From an uncultured Armatimonadetes bacterium (GTDB taxonomy: Bacteria > Armatimonadota > UBA5829 > DTJY01), in the NCBI GenBank assembly GCA_963717145.1, contig OY970325.1:2944001-3008000 (forward strand): a DNA stretch of 64,000 nt. The letters run 5' to 3'. Made by a program: the position numbers and the translations under genes. The stretch's first letter is position 1, and each line of letters begins with the position of its first letter. The notes beneath the pieces were generated by a model. It made no database searches. It was not told the origin of the DNA and saw nothing but the letters and a program-made list of their open reading frames with translations. Of the stretch, positions 40,421-50,920 are shown in pieces.

Positions 40421-43400
40421 ATGCCGTTCTCGCTGGAAAAACAGTTAAGGCTTTTCGGTCCTCAGCTTTTCGAGGAGCTTTGTCACAAGCTGATCGCAGG
40501 TCCCGACGGCACGGCTTTCCACGTCGAGGGGAAGGGCGGCGACGAAGGGATCGACATCTTCTCCGGCCCGCGAGGCGTCCCGAAGTCGGAGCGGAACGGA
40601 GAGAAGCTCCACGTATGGCAGGTCAAGTTCTTCCCCGACGGTCTGAAGGAGTGCCAGCGCGGGCAGATCAGAGAGTCCTTCAAGCGCGTGATGGACAAGC
40701 ACGAGCCGGACACGTGGACTCTGTGTGTCCCCGTGAACCTGGAGCAGGACGAACTCGACTGGTGGGATCAGTACAAGGCCAAACACACTGAGGTCGAGAT
40801 GAATCTTCTCGACGGTGGAAACGTCGTGAAGCTTGCGATGGAGCCGCAGCACGCCTCGATCCTCAGCCAGTATTTCATCGGCCCCTCCCATGAAGGTGCC
40901 ACCGACAAGATACTGAAGCGGCTTAACGATTTCGAGGGGGTGCCGGAGAAGCTCGAGCAGGCAGAACGCGCAACCAAGCCAAAGACGGACTTCTACGACG
41001 GCGCCGTCGCCGACTGGAACGACATCCTCAAGAGACGCGATGCATACAGGGAGAAGACCGCCGAGCTGTGGCAGTTTGTCCATGACAGAGTGACGAATCC
41101 CGGCGGCAGCGTGCCGTTCATCGTTCTGACCGGCGAGAGTGGCGAGGGAAAGACAACCATTCTGAAGCGCTTCGCCGCCGGGCTGGTGGACGCCGGATAC
41201 AAAGCCGTCTACTGGCATAAGCCGTTTTCGGAGAAGCTCTCCCCCGAGCAGTTTGCAGACCTAGGGGATGGCACGGTTGCATTCATATTCATCGACAAGG
41301 TCAGCAACTTCGACCTACACACCCTCAATGGCTTTCTCGATGGCTTGCGGTGCATCCCTATTCGCCCCGTGGTCATCGCCGCAGCGATCACTTCTCTCTG
41401 GGACGATCTGACCCGCGATCCGGAGAACTACGCGGACTTCCGGCGGATTCGGCTGGAGAGGATGACTCGCAGAGATATCCTCGCGCTCCTCGACAAACTG
41501 ACAGAAGACCCCGAGCATGCTGATGAATACCTTGGGAAACTCGCCGGGCACACCCGTGAAGAGCAGGTGCAGGTATTCGAGGGGAAATCGAAGAGCCAGC
41601 TTCTCGTCGCGCTCCTGGAGGCGAAATACGGTGTCAAGTTCAAGAAGTTTGTGCTGGACGAACTGGCAGAACTGCACGAACGTCACAAGGGTTGTCTTAG
41701 AGAGGCGTGCGACTACGTAAGCGCCTTACATCGCCTCGATCTCCCCATGCCGAAGTCGATGCTGGAGAGGCTCCTTCCGGGTTGCGGTGACCTCGAACGC
41801 GAGGTATTCAGAAAGACCCAAGGCCTCATCCAACTGCTTGCCGAGGGAGGAAACATCGTCACGCGTCACTCTCTGATTGCCCAGGTCATCTATGAAGACA
41901 GTCGCGGGCAGGAGGAATGGTATAAGAGGATCATCGCTGCAGCCCTGGGCAGTGACGAGGAAAGCCTGATGGGCCGTATGATCCACACGATCAGAGTTTC
42001 CGGAGAACGCGAGCTTGCCATGAGGCTTCTCCTCTGGGCCTCTGTGCGGTTTCCCTGCAGCCCAACCTTCCTCTTCATGCACGGGCAGCACTCTCGTGCA
42101 ACCGATGATATCGCCGGAGCTCGCTTGTTCTTTCGCAAAGCCATTGATCTTGATCCTTCACATGCGCTTACTCTTAGGGCTTGGGCAATGTTGGAAAGGG
42201 ATGAACGCAACACCGGCTACAAGGACGACCCACGACCCTATACGGCGCGCTGGCTGTTTGGCAAAGCCGTCGACGCAGACCCAAGCGCGGCTTCAGTCTG
42301 GCTAACGTGGGCGGCGATGGAAAGGCAAAGACGCAATGTCGGTTCTTTGGACGAACCGGAACCGCATACCGCAAGATGGCTCTTCCGGAAGGCTACCCAG
42401 GCGGTTCCCAATGACATTCATATCAGACTCGCATGGGCGATGATGGAGAAGGAGCAAGGCAACATCGGCGAGGAAACGGATCCCGCGGCATGTACCGCCA
42501 GATGGCTCCTCCGCAAGGCTGTCGAGCTTGATCCAACGAGTGCACACTGCTGGCAGGTTTGGGCGGCGCTGGAAAGGGATGAAGGCAACGTTGGTGATCG
42601 TGAAAACCCAGCTGAATACACGGCCAGATGGCTCCTGCGGAAAGCTCTTGAGGTCGATCCCGCGCATATCCCTAGCATGCATACGTGGGGAATCTTGGAG
42701 AAGGAACAAGGTAACATCGGGGAACGCGAAGATCCCTTGGATTGCACCGCAAGATGGCTCTTCCGCAAGGCAACGGACACAACTCCCGAAGCACCCCACA
42801 CCTGGCATGCCTCGGCCGTGATGGAGATGGATGCAGGAAATGTGGGCGATGAGGATTGCCCTCAAGAGCATACCGCTAGATGGCTCTTCCGCAAGGCGGC
42901 GGACGCCGATCCGAAGAGTGCCCATGTCTGGCAGGCATGGGCAGCCATGGAGCACAAGCAGGGCAATACTGGACCGCTCGACGGCTCGAAGGAATACTCC
43001 GCCAGATGGCTCTTCCGCAAGGCGGCGGACGCCGATCCGAAGAGTGCCCATGTCTGGCAGGCATGGGCCATCATGGAGAAGGAGCAAGACAACATCGGAC
43101 CGCTCGACGGCTCGAAGGAATACTCCGCCAGATGGCTCTTCCGCAAGGCGGCAGAAGTCTACCCAAAGGATGCCCCTGCATGGCAGGCGTGGGCCATCAT
43201 GGAGAAGGAACAGGGAAACATCGGCCCGCTAGATGGCTCCAAGGAATACTCCGCCAGATGGCTCTTCCGCAGGGCCGCCGAGGTTGACCCCCGTGCTGCC
43301 CCCACCTGGCAGGCGTGGGCCGTCATGGAGAAGGAACAGGACAACATCGGCACACTCGACGGCTCCGACCCATACTCTGCCAGATGGCTCTTCCGCGAGG

Positions 43401-44578
43401 GCGTCAAGGCCGACCCGAACATGCCCCATACCTGGCAGGCGTGGGCCGTCATGGAAAAGGAGCAGAAGAACGTCGGCGCGCCCGACGGTTCCGACCCATA
43501 CTCCGCCAGATGGCTCTTCCGTGAGGGCGTCAAGGCCGACCCCAAGAATGCCCATACCTGGCAGGCGTGGGGCGTCATGGAAACGGCCGAGAAGAATGTC
43601 GGTGCCCCGGACGGCTCCGAACCTTACTCCGCCAGATGGCTCTTCCGCAGAGCAGAGGAAGCCGATCCTGACCATGATTCCATCTGGCGGCCATGGGCAG
43701 CATTGGAGATGAGGCAGGGCAACATAGGCCAGATGTGCGACCCGAAGAGATATACGGCGCGATGGCTCTGTCGGAGGGCTATCGAGGTCACCCCTAGAGC
43801 CGCATGGGCTTGGCAAGCATGGGCGATGCTGGAAGCTGAACAGGGGAACATCGGCAACTGCAAGCGACCGGCGCCACATACCGCGAGATGGCTCTATCGC
43901 AAGTGTGCCGAGACGGCCGATCTAGACTCAAGCACGTGCTACACCTGGGCGGTACTAGAGGCGGAGCAGGGAAACATCGGCCAGAAGGCCGACTTTGAGG
44001 AATTCACGGCTAGGTGGCTATTCCGCACATCAGTTGAACTCAGTCCGAACTACGCGGGGGCTTGGCACAAGTGGGCGCTGATGGAGATGAGAGAGGGAAA
44101 TCTCGGCGATCCGGACGCCCCAGAGGAATACACCGCCCGGTGGCTTCTTCCCAAGGCCATGTCACTCGACACGAAGAACGGTCGCCTGCTGACACAGTGG
44201 GCAACAATGGAGAAAGCCCAGGAGAATTGGGCCGAGGCGGAACGCCTCTACAAGAAGGTCTTGGAGATCACCAGCAGTCCTGTGAAGAGACGGGGTGTCC
44301 ATCGAACCATGGGGATGATGATGCTGTGGCTTGGCAGGGCGGAAGAAGCCGCAGAGCATCTGGAGTCGGTGACTGATGGGAATACTACGGATTACATGGC
44401 TCGTATATACCTGGCATCAGCCCACGCGACACTGCATAGCTGGGACGATTCAGACGCGCAGTTCCAGATCGCCATGGGGATGAGTCCCGGCAACTATGGG
44501 GTTCAGGACCTCTACCACGTAATGCTCGGCTACAGAGACAGAATCGAAGCCCTGGAGACCGGGGTGAGTGACGAGTGA
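40421..44578 (+). CDS. Mrr-like PD-(D/E)xK nuclease + P-loop NTPase + 42-aa HAT/TPR-like repeat protein (Avs/NLR-like)
   Basis: FEELC...GGDEGIDI...WQVK; GESGEGKTT Walker A and FIFID Walker B; 16 ARWL..KA...P.....WQAWA.ME...GN repeats. Confidence 0.8.
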   Translation: MPFSLEKQLRLFGPQLFEELCHKLIAGPDGTAFHVEGKGGDEGIDIFSGPRGVPKSERNGEKLHVWQVKFFPDGLKECQRGQIRESFKRVMDKHEPDTWTLCVPVNLEQDELDWWDQYKAKHTEVEMNLLDGGNVVKLAMEPQHASILSQYFIGPSHEGATDKILKRLNDFEGVPEKLEQAERATKPKTDFYDGAVADWNDILKRRDAYREKTAELWQFVHDRVTNPGGSVPFIVLTGESGEGKTTILKRFAAGLVDAGYKAVYWHKPFSEKLSPEQFADLGDGTVAFIFIDKVSNFDLHTLNGFLDGLRCIPIRPVVIAAAITSLWDDLTRDPENYADFRRIRLERMTRRDILALLDKLTEDPEHADEYLGKLAGHTREEQVQVFEGKSKSQLLVALLEAKYGVKFKKFVLDELAELHERHKGCLREACDYVSALHRLDLPMPKSMLERLLPGCGDLEREVFRKTQGLIQLLAEGGNIVTRHSLIAQVIYEDSRGQEEWYKRIIAAALGSDEESLMGRMIHTIRVSGERELAMRLLLWASVRFPCSPTFLFMHGQHSRATDDIAGARLFFRKAIDLDPSHALTLRAWAMLERDERNTGYKDDPRPYTARWLFGKAVDADPSAASVWLTWAAMERQRRNVGSLDEPEPHTARWLFRKATQAVPNDIHIRLAWAMMEKEQGNIGEETDPAACTARWLLRKAVELDPTSAHCWQVWAALERDEGNVGDRENPAEYTARWLLRKALEVDPAHIPSMHTWGILEKEQGNIGEREDPLDCTARWLFRKATDTTPEAPHTWHASAVMEMDAGNVGDEDCPQEHTARWLFRKAADADPKSAHVWQAWAAMEHKQGNTGPLDGSKEYSARWLFRKAADADPKSAHVWQAWAIMEKEQDNIGPLDGSKEYSARWLFRKAAEVYPKDAPAWQAWAIMEKEQGNIGPLDGSKEYSARWLFRRAAEVDPRAAPTWQAWAVMEKEQDNIGTLDGSDPYSARWLFREGVKADPNMPHTWQAWAVMEKEQKNVGAPDGSDPYSARWLFREGVKADPKNAHTWQAWGVMETAEKNVGAPDGSEPYSARWLFRRAEEADPDHDSIWRPWAALEMRQGNIGQMCDPKRYTARWLCRRAIEVTPRAAWAWQAWAMLEAEQGNIGNCKRPAPHTARWLYRKCAETADLDSSTCYTWAVLEAEQGNIGQKADFEEFTARWLFRTSVELSPNYAGAWHKWALMEMREGNLGDPDAPEEYTARWLLPKAMSLDTKNGRLLTQWATMEKAQENWAEAERLYKKVLEITSSPVKRRGVHRTMGMMMLWLGRAEEAAEHLESVTDGNTTDYMARIYLASAHATLHSWDDSDAQFQIAMGMSPGNYGVQDLYHVMLGYRDRIEALETGVSDE

Positions 44579-44994
44579 TTCGCAGAGGGCAAGAGCTGCG
44601 AGGACACCATGTGCTGTGAAGTCTCTACGACCCAGTCCACAGATGGATGATCGCCCCATAGACGCCCATATGAGCTATACCTTCGATAGAGCTGTCCGCT
44701 CGGACTCGCTTTGAGCACTATTCCCATGATCTATCCGCCATCTTCCTCTAGACCCACAACCACCCCGGAGGTTTTCACCCCCGGGGTGGTCGTGGTGATG
44801 CGTGGTGCATGTTGCTTTATTGCCTTACTACCTGCGATACTCCCCGCCGCGCGGGCTACTTTTCCGGTATCCGGCATCCGGTATCCTGCTGATCCTGCAC
44901 TGCTTCCGGTGACCGGTATCCGACCTCGCCCCGCCGGCGGAGAATGCGGCGCGCGGTTCACATTCCGCATTCCGCATTCCCAATTCGCAATTCC

Positions 44995-45660
44995 CTAGGC
45001 GGCGATCGTCGCCTGGAAGACGTCCGACCATGAGCCGGCCTCGCCTTTCTGGTTGACCCAACGCAGACGGTAGTACGCCATCTTGCCGGCGTCTCCCTCC
45101 GCGTGTTCCACCACGGCGGGCGTGCGACCCGCGGTCTTGGCGTAGGTCATGTCGCTCGGCCCGGAAGGGGCTTCGCCGACCTTCACCCAGATCTCGCAAC
45201 CGCGAATGCCCGCGGGCTTCGCCTTGCTGACGCCCGCGTCACCCTCGTTCTCGAAGCTGACGATGTGCTTCAGCGGCTGGCCTCCGTTCGCGCGACCGGT
45301 CGGCCTGAGCGTTGGCGGCATCTCCGCCGGGACGTAGGCGCTGCCACGGACGGTGATGCGCATCCCCGTGCGATCGGTGTCCGTGACCAGCGGACCGGAC
45401 TGGAACCGATTCACCAGCGCGCGGATCTGCTGCTCGAGATCCGTCCGCTGCGTATCCTTCGTGACTGTCGCGCCCTGGGCCTGCGCTTTCCACATGATCT
45501 GCTTGTTCAGCGCATCCTTCCAGAGCGGGGTCGCGGCCACGATATCGGCGATGTCTTCGTCAGTGAAGCCCATCGTCTCCATCCTCGGCGTCGCGTAGGT
45601 CAGGAAGTTATCGACCCATTCGTCGAACTCCGCATCTTTGGTTGGCAAGTAATTTGCCAT
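44995..45660 (-). CDS. hypothetical protein with helical N-terminal and FN3-like C-terminal domains
   Basis: MANYLPTKDAEF...; C-terminal KPAGIRGCEIW...YYRLRWVNQKGEAGSWS; GGAGG RBS. Confidence 0.75.
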   Translation of the reverse strand: MANYLPTKDAEFDEWVDNFLTYATPRMETMGFTDEDIADIVAATPLWKDALNKQIMWKAQAQGATVTKDTQRTDLEQQIRALVNRFQSGPLVTDTDRTGMRITVRGSAYVPAEMPPTLRPTGRANGGQPLKHIVSFENEGDAGVSKAKPAGIRGCEIWVKVGEAPSGPSDMTYAKTAGRTPAVVEHAEGDAGKMAYYRLRWVNQKGEAGSWSDVFQATIAA

Positions 45661-45775
45661 TCTTATCACCTCCTCTCATGCAAGTGTTACCTCCATTATC
45701 GGCCAACTTATGGTAGAACCACAGAGTTTCAGGCAGTCGCTTTTATAGAAAAATGGCTCGGAATTTGGTATGGTA

Positions 45776-46006
45776 GAAAAACTCATTCTTTCCTTAGAGG
45801 GAACGGCGGATTCCTCGGAGGGAATCATTCTTTCCGCAGAAGGAATGGCGGATTCCTCGGAGGGAATCATTCCCCCTGCAGAGGGAACGGCGGATCCTTT
45901 CGAGGGAATCATTCCCCCTGCAGAGGGAACGGCGGATCCTTTCGAGGGAATCATTCCCCCTGCAGAGGGAACGGCGGATCCTTTCGAGGGAATCGTTCCC
46001 CCGTCA
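45776..46006. repeat. 21/42-bp tandem repeat array (5 x 42 bp plus a degenerate first unit)
   Basis: Alternating GAGGGAACGGCGGATCCTTTC and GAGGGAATCATTCCCCCTGCA units. Confidence 0.92.
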
Positions 46007-46362
46007 GCCCTGAGTGTGCCGGTGAATGACGGCATGTATCGAAGGGCGGCCGGAGGCGAGGGTGCTGGGGGCGGAACCCGCCTGAGCAGGGATGGCACCG
46101 GGGCACGGGGGTGTCAAGGACAGATGCCCTGCGCTGGTCGGATGGCGACCCGAAACACTGGCTCTACAATCGGGATTTCCGGGTTGGACGGAAGTGCGCT
46201 CTACAAGCCAAGCTCGGCGGTCCAACCCTCAAATCCCGGTACACCGAGTTCGATGGTTGGATTGTCTGATGGTTTGATGGTAAGGCCGGAGCGCGATGCG
46301 CTCCGGCCTTGATCATGCCACACCCTCCGAGTCCGAGTAGGCCGATGGTGTGGTCGCCTGTA

Positions 46363-49300
46363 TCACGGCCGGTAATTGACCGTGCCAGGAGTCGACTGAG
46401 CGGGATTAGCGACGCCGTTCATGTCCGTGCATACGCCCGTCGCAAGCGTCGCGCACAGAACGCCTCGATGGGGTATGCCGCTGCTGACCGCGACGTTGAA
46501 TGTCTTGCTGTCGCCGCTGTTTGTGATCGTCTGCGTGGGGCTGATACTTGCCCCATTCAGCGTGAGTGTTACATCGCCGGTCTGGAAGCCGGTGACCGGT
46601 CTGCTGAACACTACCGTGAAGTTGATCGGCAGCACGCTCGTCTGGTCCGACTGGCCTGCAGCTCGCTTGATGATCACGGGCTGCACCTCATACGCGCCCA
46701 TGTCAAGGGTGTGCTCAGGAGTTTCGGATGCCCAGTACGTGTCGCGCCAGTAGCCGTCGCAGTCCACGAAGAAGTCACGCGTATAGGCACTGAATACCGC
46801 GTCTGACCAGGCTCTATTGCCGTTATCTACGCAAGGAGAGTTGTGGACCAGACGATAGTTCTCGGAGGTTCTGCTTACGAACATAGGGTCCGTAAAGATG
46901 TTGCCCAAGCACTCCCCAAAGCTGCCCTGGAAGTCAGTGCCATTTCCCCACAGGCAGGAGTGGTCAACTATGGTCTGGCCGCCGCCGGACGATATCCCGA
47001 CGCCGTTGTACGCCACGATATTGTTCCCAATGTTGCCGTCACCCTCAGACGTGGCGTGGCCTACACCATTACCCACGATAGTATTATTGGCCACCAGCGA
47101 ATACGTATACCCGCTGCAGATGCCGATCGAGCTGCCCGTGATCACGTTGTTGAAAATCGCGTTCGGCCCAATCCCTTCTTCTAATATACTGCAAGCTACG
47201 CCACGAGCCGAGTTGCCCGCTATCACGTTGTCATAGATCCGCGCCGTGCATCCTTGACCAGTAGACACGCCAGAACCGTTCCCCGTGATGATGTTGTCGG
47301 AAACTGCGGCATAAGTCCATATCTCATCTTCAGTTCGGGATACGCAGACACCGCAGATACCGTTCGTAATCGTGAAACCGCTTATATGCTGGTTATACCA
47401 ACGATTGTAGTTGCTGCTTGCGCCAGTCGTACTGCCATTGGCCGCTAACACGACCGGGCCCGAACCATTGCCGACCAGTGTCGTCACGTTCGCTCGACAG
47501 TCTCTCTGGTCAGCCGTGGTCTCTATGCCGGCGAAGCCGCCGAACAGGCGTATGTCAGGCGGAAGAACGAAACTTCCAGACTTGACGGGAACGTTATACG
47601 TTCCCGCCGCCACCCATACCTGAGGGATGATATCAGGTAGTGCGACAAGAGGACCGGCAAGGTCGAGTGCCTTTTGGACAGTCGCCACGGCCCACTCCCA
47701 ACTGCTCCCATCGTAGGCGTCGTTGCCGCCCGGCTTCACACAGATCACGTATCCCGGAGCATCCGGTTGGTAAGTCACCACATTATCCGTGCTCGTTGAG
47801 GCCTCGTTGAAACGGCCCCACTCGTCGGTGCATATTCCGGCGGGAATTCGTGCGCTGACCGTGCCAAGAGTGGCGCACGTGTACGCGGCGCCCTGCCTGT
47901 TCAGGGTGACATCCACATAGAACGTGGTTCCGAAACCCTTATGGTCGCTGATTTGTACCCGCGGGCCGTTCCTTGTATCGATATGTAGTCTGTGTCAACG
48001 GCCAGGAAGCTTTCGGCCGGCTGGCTGAAGACCACCTCAAAGCTGATCACGTCCGATTTCGTCGGATCCAGACCCGGGGCCTGGTCGATAGTTACTGTCA
48101 GAGGTGGTGAATAGGTGACCGACACGATATCGGACTCGGTGTTCCAGTAGCCGTTCGAGGCCTGCGCTACATGCGCCGGCACCTGGCAAGTCACCGGGCC
48201 CGGCGCGGATGCCGTCACGTGCAGCACGTAGGTAGACCCGCTTATCGTGTCGAGCGCTCCCTTCGTGCCGTTAGTAACATTGATGCTGCCTGCAGTCAGA
48301 CCCGTGACGTTGTCCTTGAACGTGATGGGGAACTCCATATCCGCGTCGATGCACGGGCTGGCCGGTCCCGTTACAGTCGCCGCGCCGAGACCCACCGAGT
48401 ATGACCGGATAGGGAATTGCCTCGGGTAGTGGTCTTTGCTGGTGTCTCCCCTGTCATAGCCGTGCACCACGAAGTAGTAGGCATCGTCGGGGAGGTAAAG
48501 GTGCTGACTGGACCCTACCGTTTGCACTTCGTCGACTTTGACCAGGTCTGATCGACGGAACGCCTCCACGATACCCATCCAGATATTGCCTGGACTCACT
48601 GTCCAGTTGATGTCGTAGCCGCCCCAGGCGGGCTGCGTTATGACCACGTTGGAGACACGACCATTCGAGAGCCGATGATCGGTGTCCGTGTCATAGGCAG
48701 GAATCCCGGCCACGTTTCGAGTGCCGGTGGTGCAGTCCAACGGCCTCCACATTGGCCAAGTCCATGGGTCTCCCGTAGGGAATGACCACCTCTTCTCCAC
48801 ATGCTGGAGCGTGACTTCGTATGAATAGAACCCACGGGGGGCCAGCGCCCCGCCGCTGTCTCTGCCATCCCACTCTATGTTGATGGGGGTGGCCGGCAGG
48901 GTATCAAACACGGGGACATTCAGTGTCCGAACCAGGTTGCCTGTCGCGGCAGAGTAGATGCCGACGGTTCCGCTCGTCGCAGTCAACGGTCCGCCGTCTG
49001 TGACATCATCGCCCGCGGGAGTGCGCCCAAAGGATGCAACTGGATGCGGGCTCCCTGCATTCCCTTCCCATACCAGGTACTGAGGCATGTTCAGGTCTTC
49101 GACGACCAGGTTGTTTATAGCGACGTCCTTGGTCACAGTCAGGGGAAGCGTATCCGTCCCGCTGAAGCTGAGATAGCCCGTTCCGGACGCCTCAATGCGA
49201 AACACGGCATTATGATACTGATGACTCCGCCACTGGAATGCGTCTACGGCCCACGTGCATTCCTGCCTCCACCATGTAGACTGGTCGAAGCACGGTACGC

Positions 49301-49652
49301 TCACGTAGGGTATCGTAGCCGAGGAAACCCAGTCCGCTCGGCCGAACGTCTTGACGACGGGCGAATGCAGGGGACCTCCTTGCACGGGGTCGTCGGGCAC
49401 GATCTCAGAGACGGTCAGAGTCAACGCGGACAGCCGCGTGTCCGCATAGGGGTACCACTCATTGGGGCAGACGTCTCTGTATACCTTGATAATCACGTTG
49501 CCGTTGGGCAGCCCCATCACAGTAATGCCCATCGCGTAGTTTCCACGCGTACCGATTGAGTAGACGTGATCATTGGGCATGCCAATGTCTGCCCAAACGC
49601 CGGTAGAGATCAGCAACAGGATAGAACAAATCAGCAGTATCCGCTTCATCAC
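46363..49652 (-). CDS. large secreted protein (FlgD-like Ig, Ig-like repeats, right-handed beta-helix); one frameshift near 47935
   Basis: Signal peptide; GNLVRTL...WDGRDSGG...GFYSY (FlgD Ig); DGSSWEWA..TVQKAL...VWVAAGTY and Asn/Gly beta-helix repeats; DMGAYE. The two ORFs join via GFGTTFYVDVTLN. Confidence 0.75.
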
Positions 49653-50782
49653 TTCACCTCCTTAGGCAGGAGATACTTACATCTAAGTTGGAGGTCTTTC
49701 ACACTTGCATCGATGGCCAAATCCGGGAAGGATTTGAGAACCTGGTCCGCAAGGTCCTTCGCCTCTTGATACCGGTTCAGGTGATACAGCGCCTCGCCTT
49801 TCCAATAGAGAGCGTTGGGCACCAATTCAGTCCCCGTCAGCTTCTTCGCTTTCGCCGGATCAAGCATTGCGGTCTTCGCATAGAAGGGCTTTGCAGCCAG
49901 CCAGTTCTTATGCTTTTCCTCAGGCGACTTGCCCGGCTGCGCATCCAGGAACTGGTCGAATCCCGCTATGGCCTCGACCCACTGCTGCTTGACATAGTAC
50001 GTGCATGCCAGCTCGAACTGAGCAACAGCCTTGATGTACTTGTCCGGCTGCTTCGAGTCGAGCACCGCCTGGTAATGCTCGGACGCGCCCTTACCGTCAC
50101 CCTGAATCAGGCGGATTTCCCCCAGGCCCATGCGGGCCCTGACACTCTGTGGGTTGGTTTGCGACTTCGCAGCCAGAGGCTTGAAGATCGCCTCTGCCCT
50201 GAACAGATAAGACTTGTTGGAGCTCTGCCAATACTGACTGATGCACGCAAAGCCGGCTTCGGCTCGACTATCATCCGCTCTGTTGGGCTCTGCTTCAGGA
50301 ACACCGGCACTCTGCTCGAACAGCGAGCACGCGCTGTACATATCTCCATCGCGCAAAGCCTTGTGGCCGAGGCAGTGCAGTGCGTCAGCAGCTTCCTTGG
50401 TGCGCGGGTATTTCTTAACTACTTGGCTCCACTCATCAGTCGGCTGGCCGATTCTGTCGCGCAGGTAGCCGATCCGGAGTAGCGCGACGGGTGCCTCCGG
50501 CGAGTTGGGAAACTTGTCAACGGTCCGTTTGAACTGAGCTATGACCTCAGCAACCGGAGCATGCCTCTTGTCCTTGATGTGCCCCATCATCAGCAGAGCT
50601 ATCGGCTCGTTGGGGGCACCGGGATGTGCCTCAATGATTTTCGCACATGCCCTCTCCGCCTCGTCCGTTTTCCCGGCCCGCACCAACAATGCTGCGTCAC
50701 GCACCGTCGCGGGCTGTTCCAGGCAGTAGCCTGTCGGGGCCAGGCAGAGAATGCCTAGCAGCACAACCACGTGTCTGAACAT
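49649..50782 (-). CDS. secreted tetratricopeptide repeat protein
   Basis: Signal peptide and TPR motifs FPNSPEAPVALLRIG, YPRTKEAADAL, ALYWKGEALY. Confidence 0.8.
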   Translation of the reverse strand: MFRHVVVLLGILCLAPTGYCLEQPATVRDAALLVRAGKTDEAERACAKIIEAHPGAPNEPIALLMMGHIKDKRHAPVAEVIAQFKRTVDKFPNSPEAPVALLRIGYLRDRIGQPTDEWSQVVKKYPRTKEAADALHCLGHKALRDGDMYSACSLFEQSAGVPEAEPNRADDSRAEAGFACISQYWQSSNKSYLFRAEAIFKPLAAKSQTNPQSVRARMGLGEIRLIQGDGKGASEHYQAVLDSKQPDKYIKAVAQFELACTYYVKQQWVEAIAGFDQFLDAQPGKSPEEKHKNWLAAKPFYAKTAMLDPAKAKKLTGTELVPNALYWKGEALYHLNRYQEAKDLADQVLKSFPDLAIDASVKDLQLRCKYLLPKEVK

Positions 50783-50877
50783 TTGTGTTTCCTCCCTTTC
50801 GTTTTCGCAAAGGGGGGGTGGCCTGCCCCCACATTAAGAAGACGTACGGTAGCGAAACTACAACTCCGTAGCGTCGA

Positions 50878-50906
50878 GTGTAGCACCCGGCAAGCAGTTT
50901 GTCAAC
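50878..50906 (-). promoter_or_regulatory. sigma70 promoter of the TPR/secreted protein operon
   Basis: Minus strand TTGACA-17 nt-TACACT. Confidence 0.6.
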
Positions 50907-50920
50907 ATAGAAGTCAAGGA

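Noticed and set aside
45776-46006. Possible CRISPR array
   Set aside because: Units are contiguous repeats with no unique spacers, and no cas genes are in the window. The same applies to 4733-4823 and 18821-18968.
46114-46121. Another GTCAAGGA matching the IS66 target
   Set aside because: No IS ends are adjacent, and a single 8-mer is expected by chance in 64 kb.
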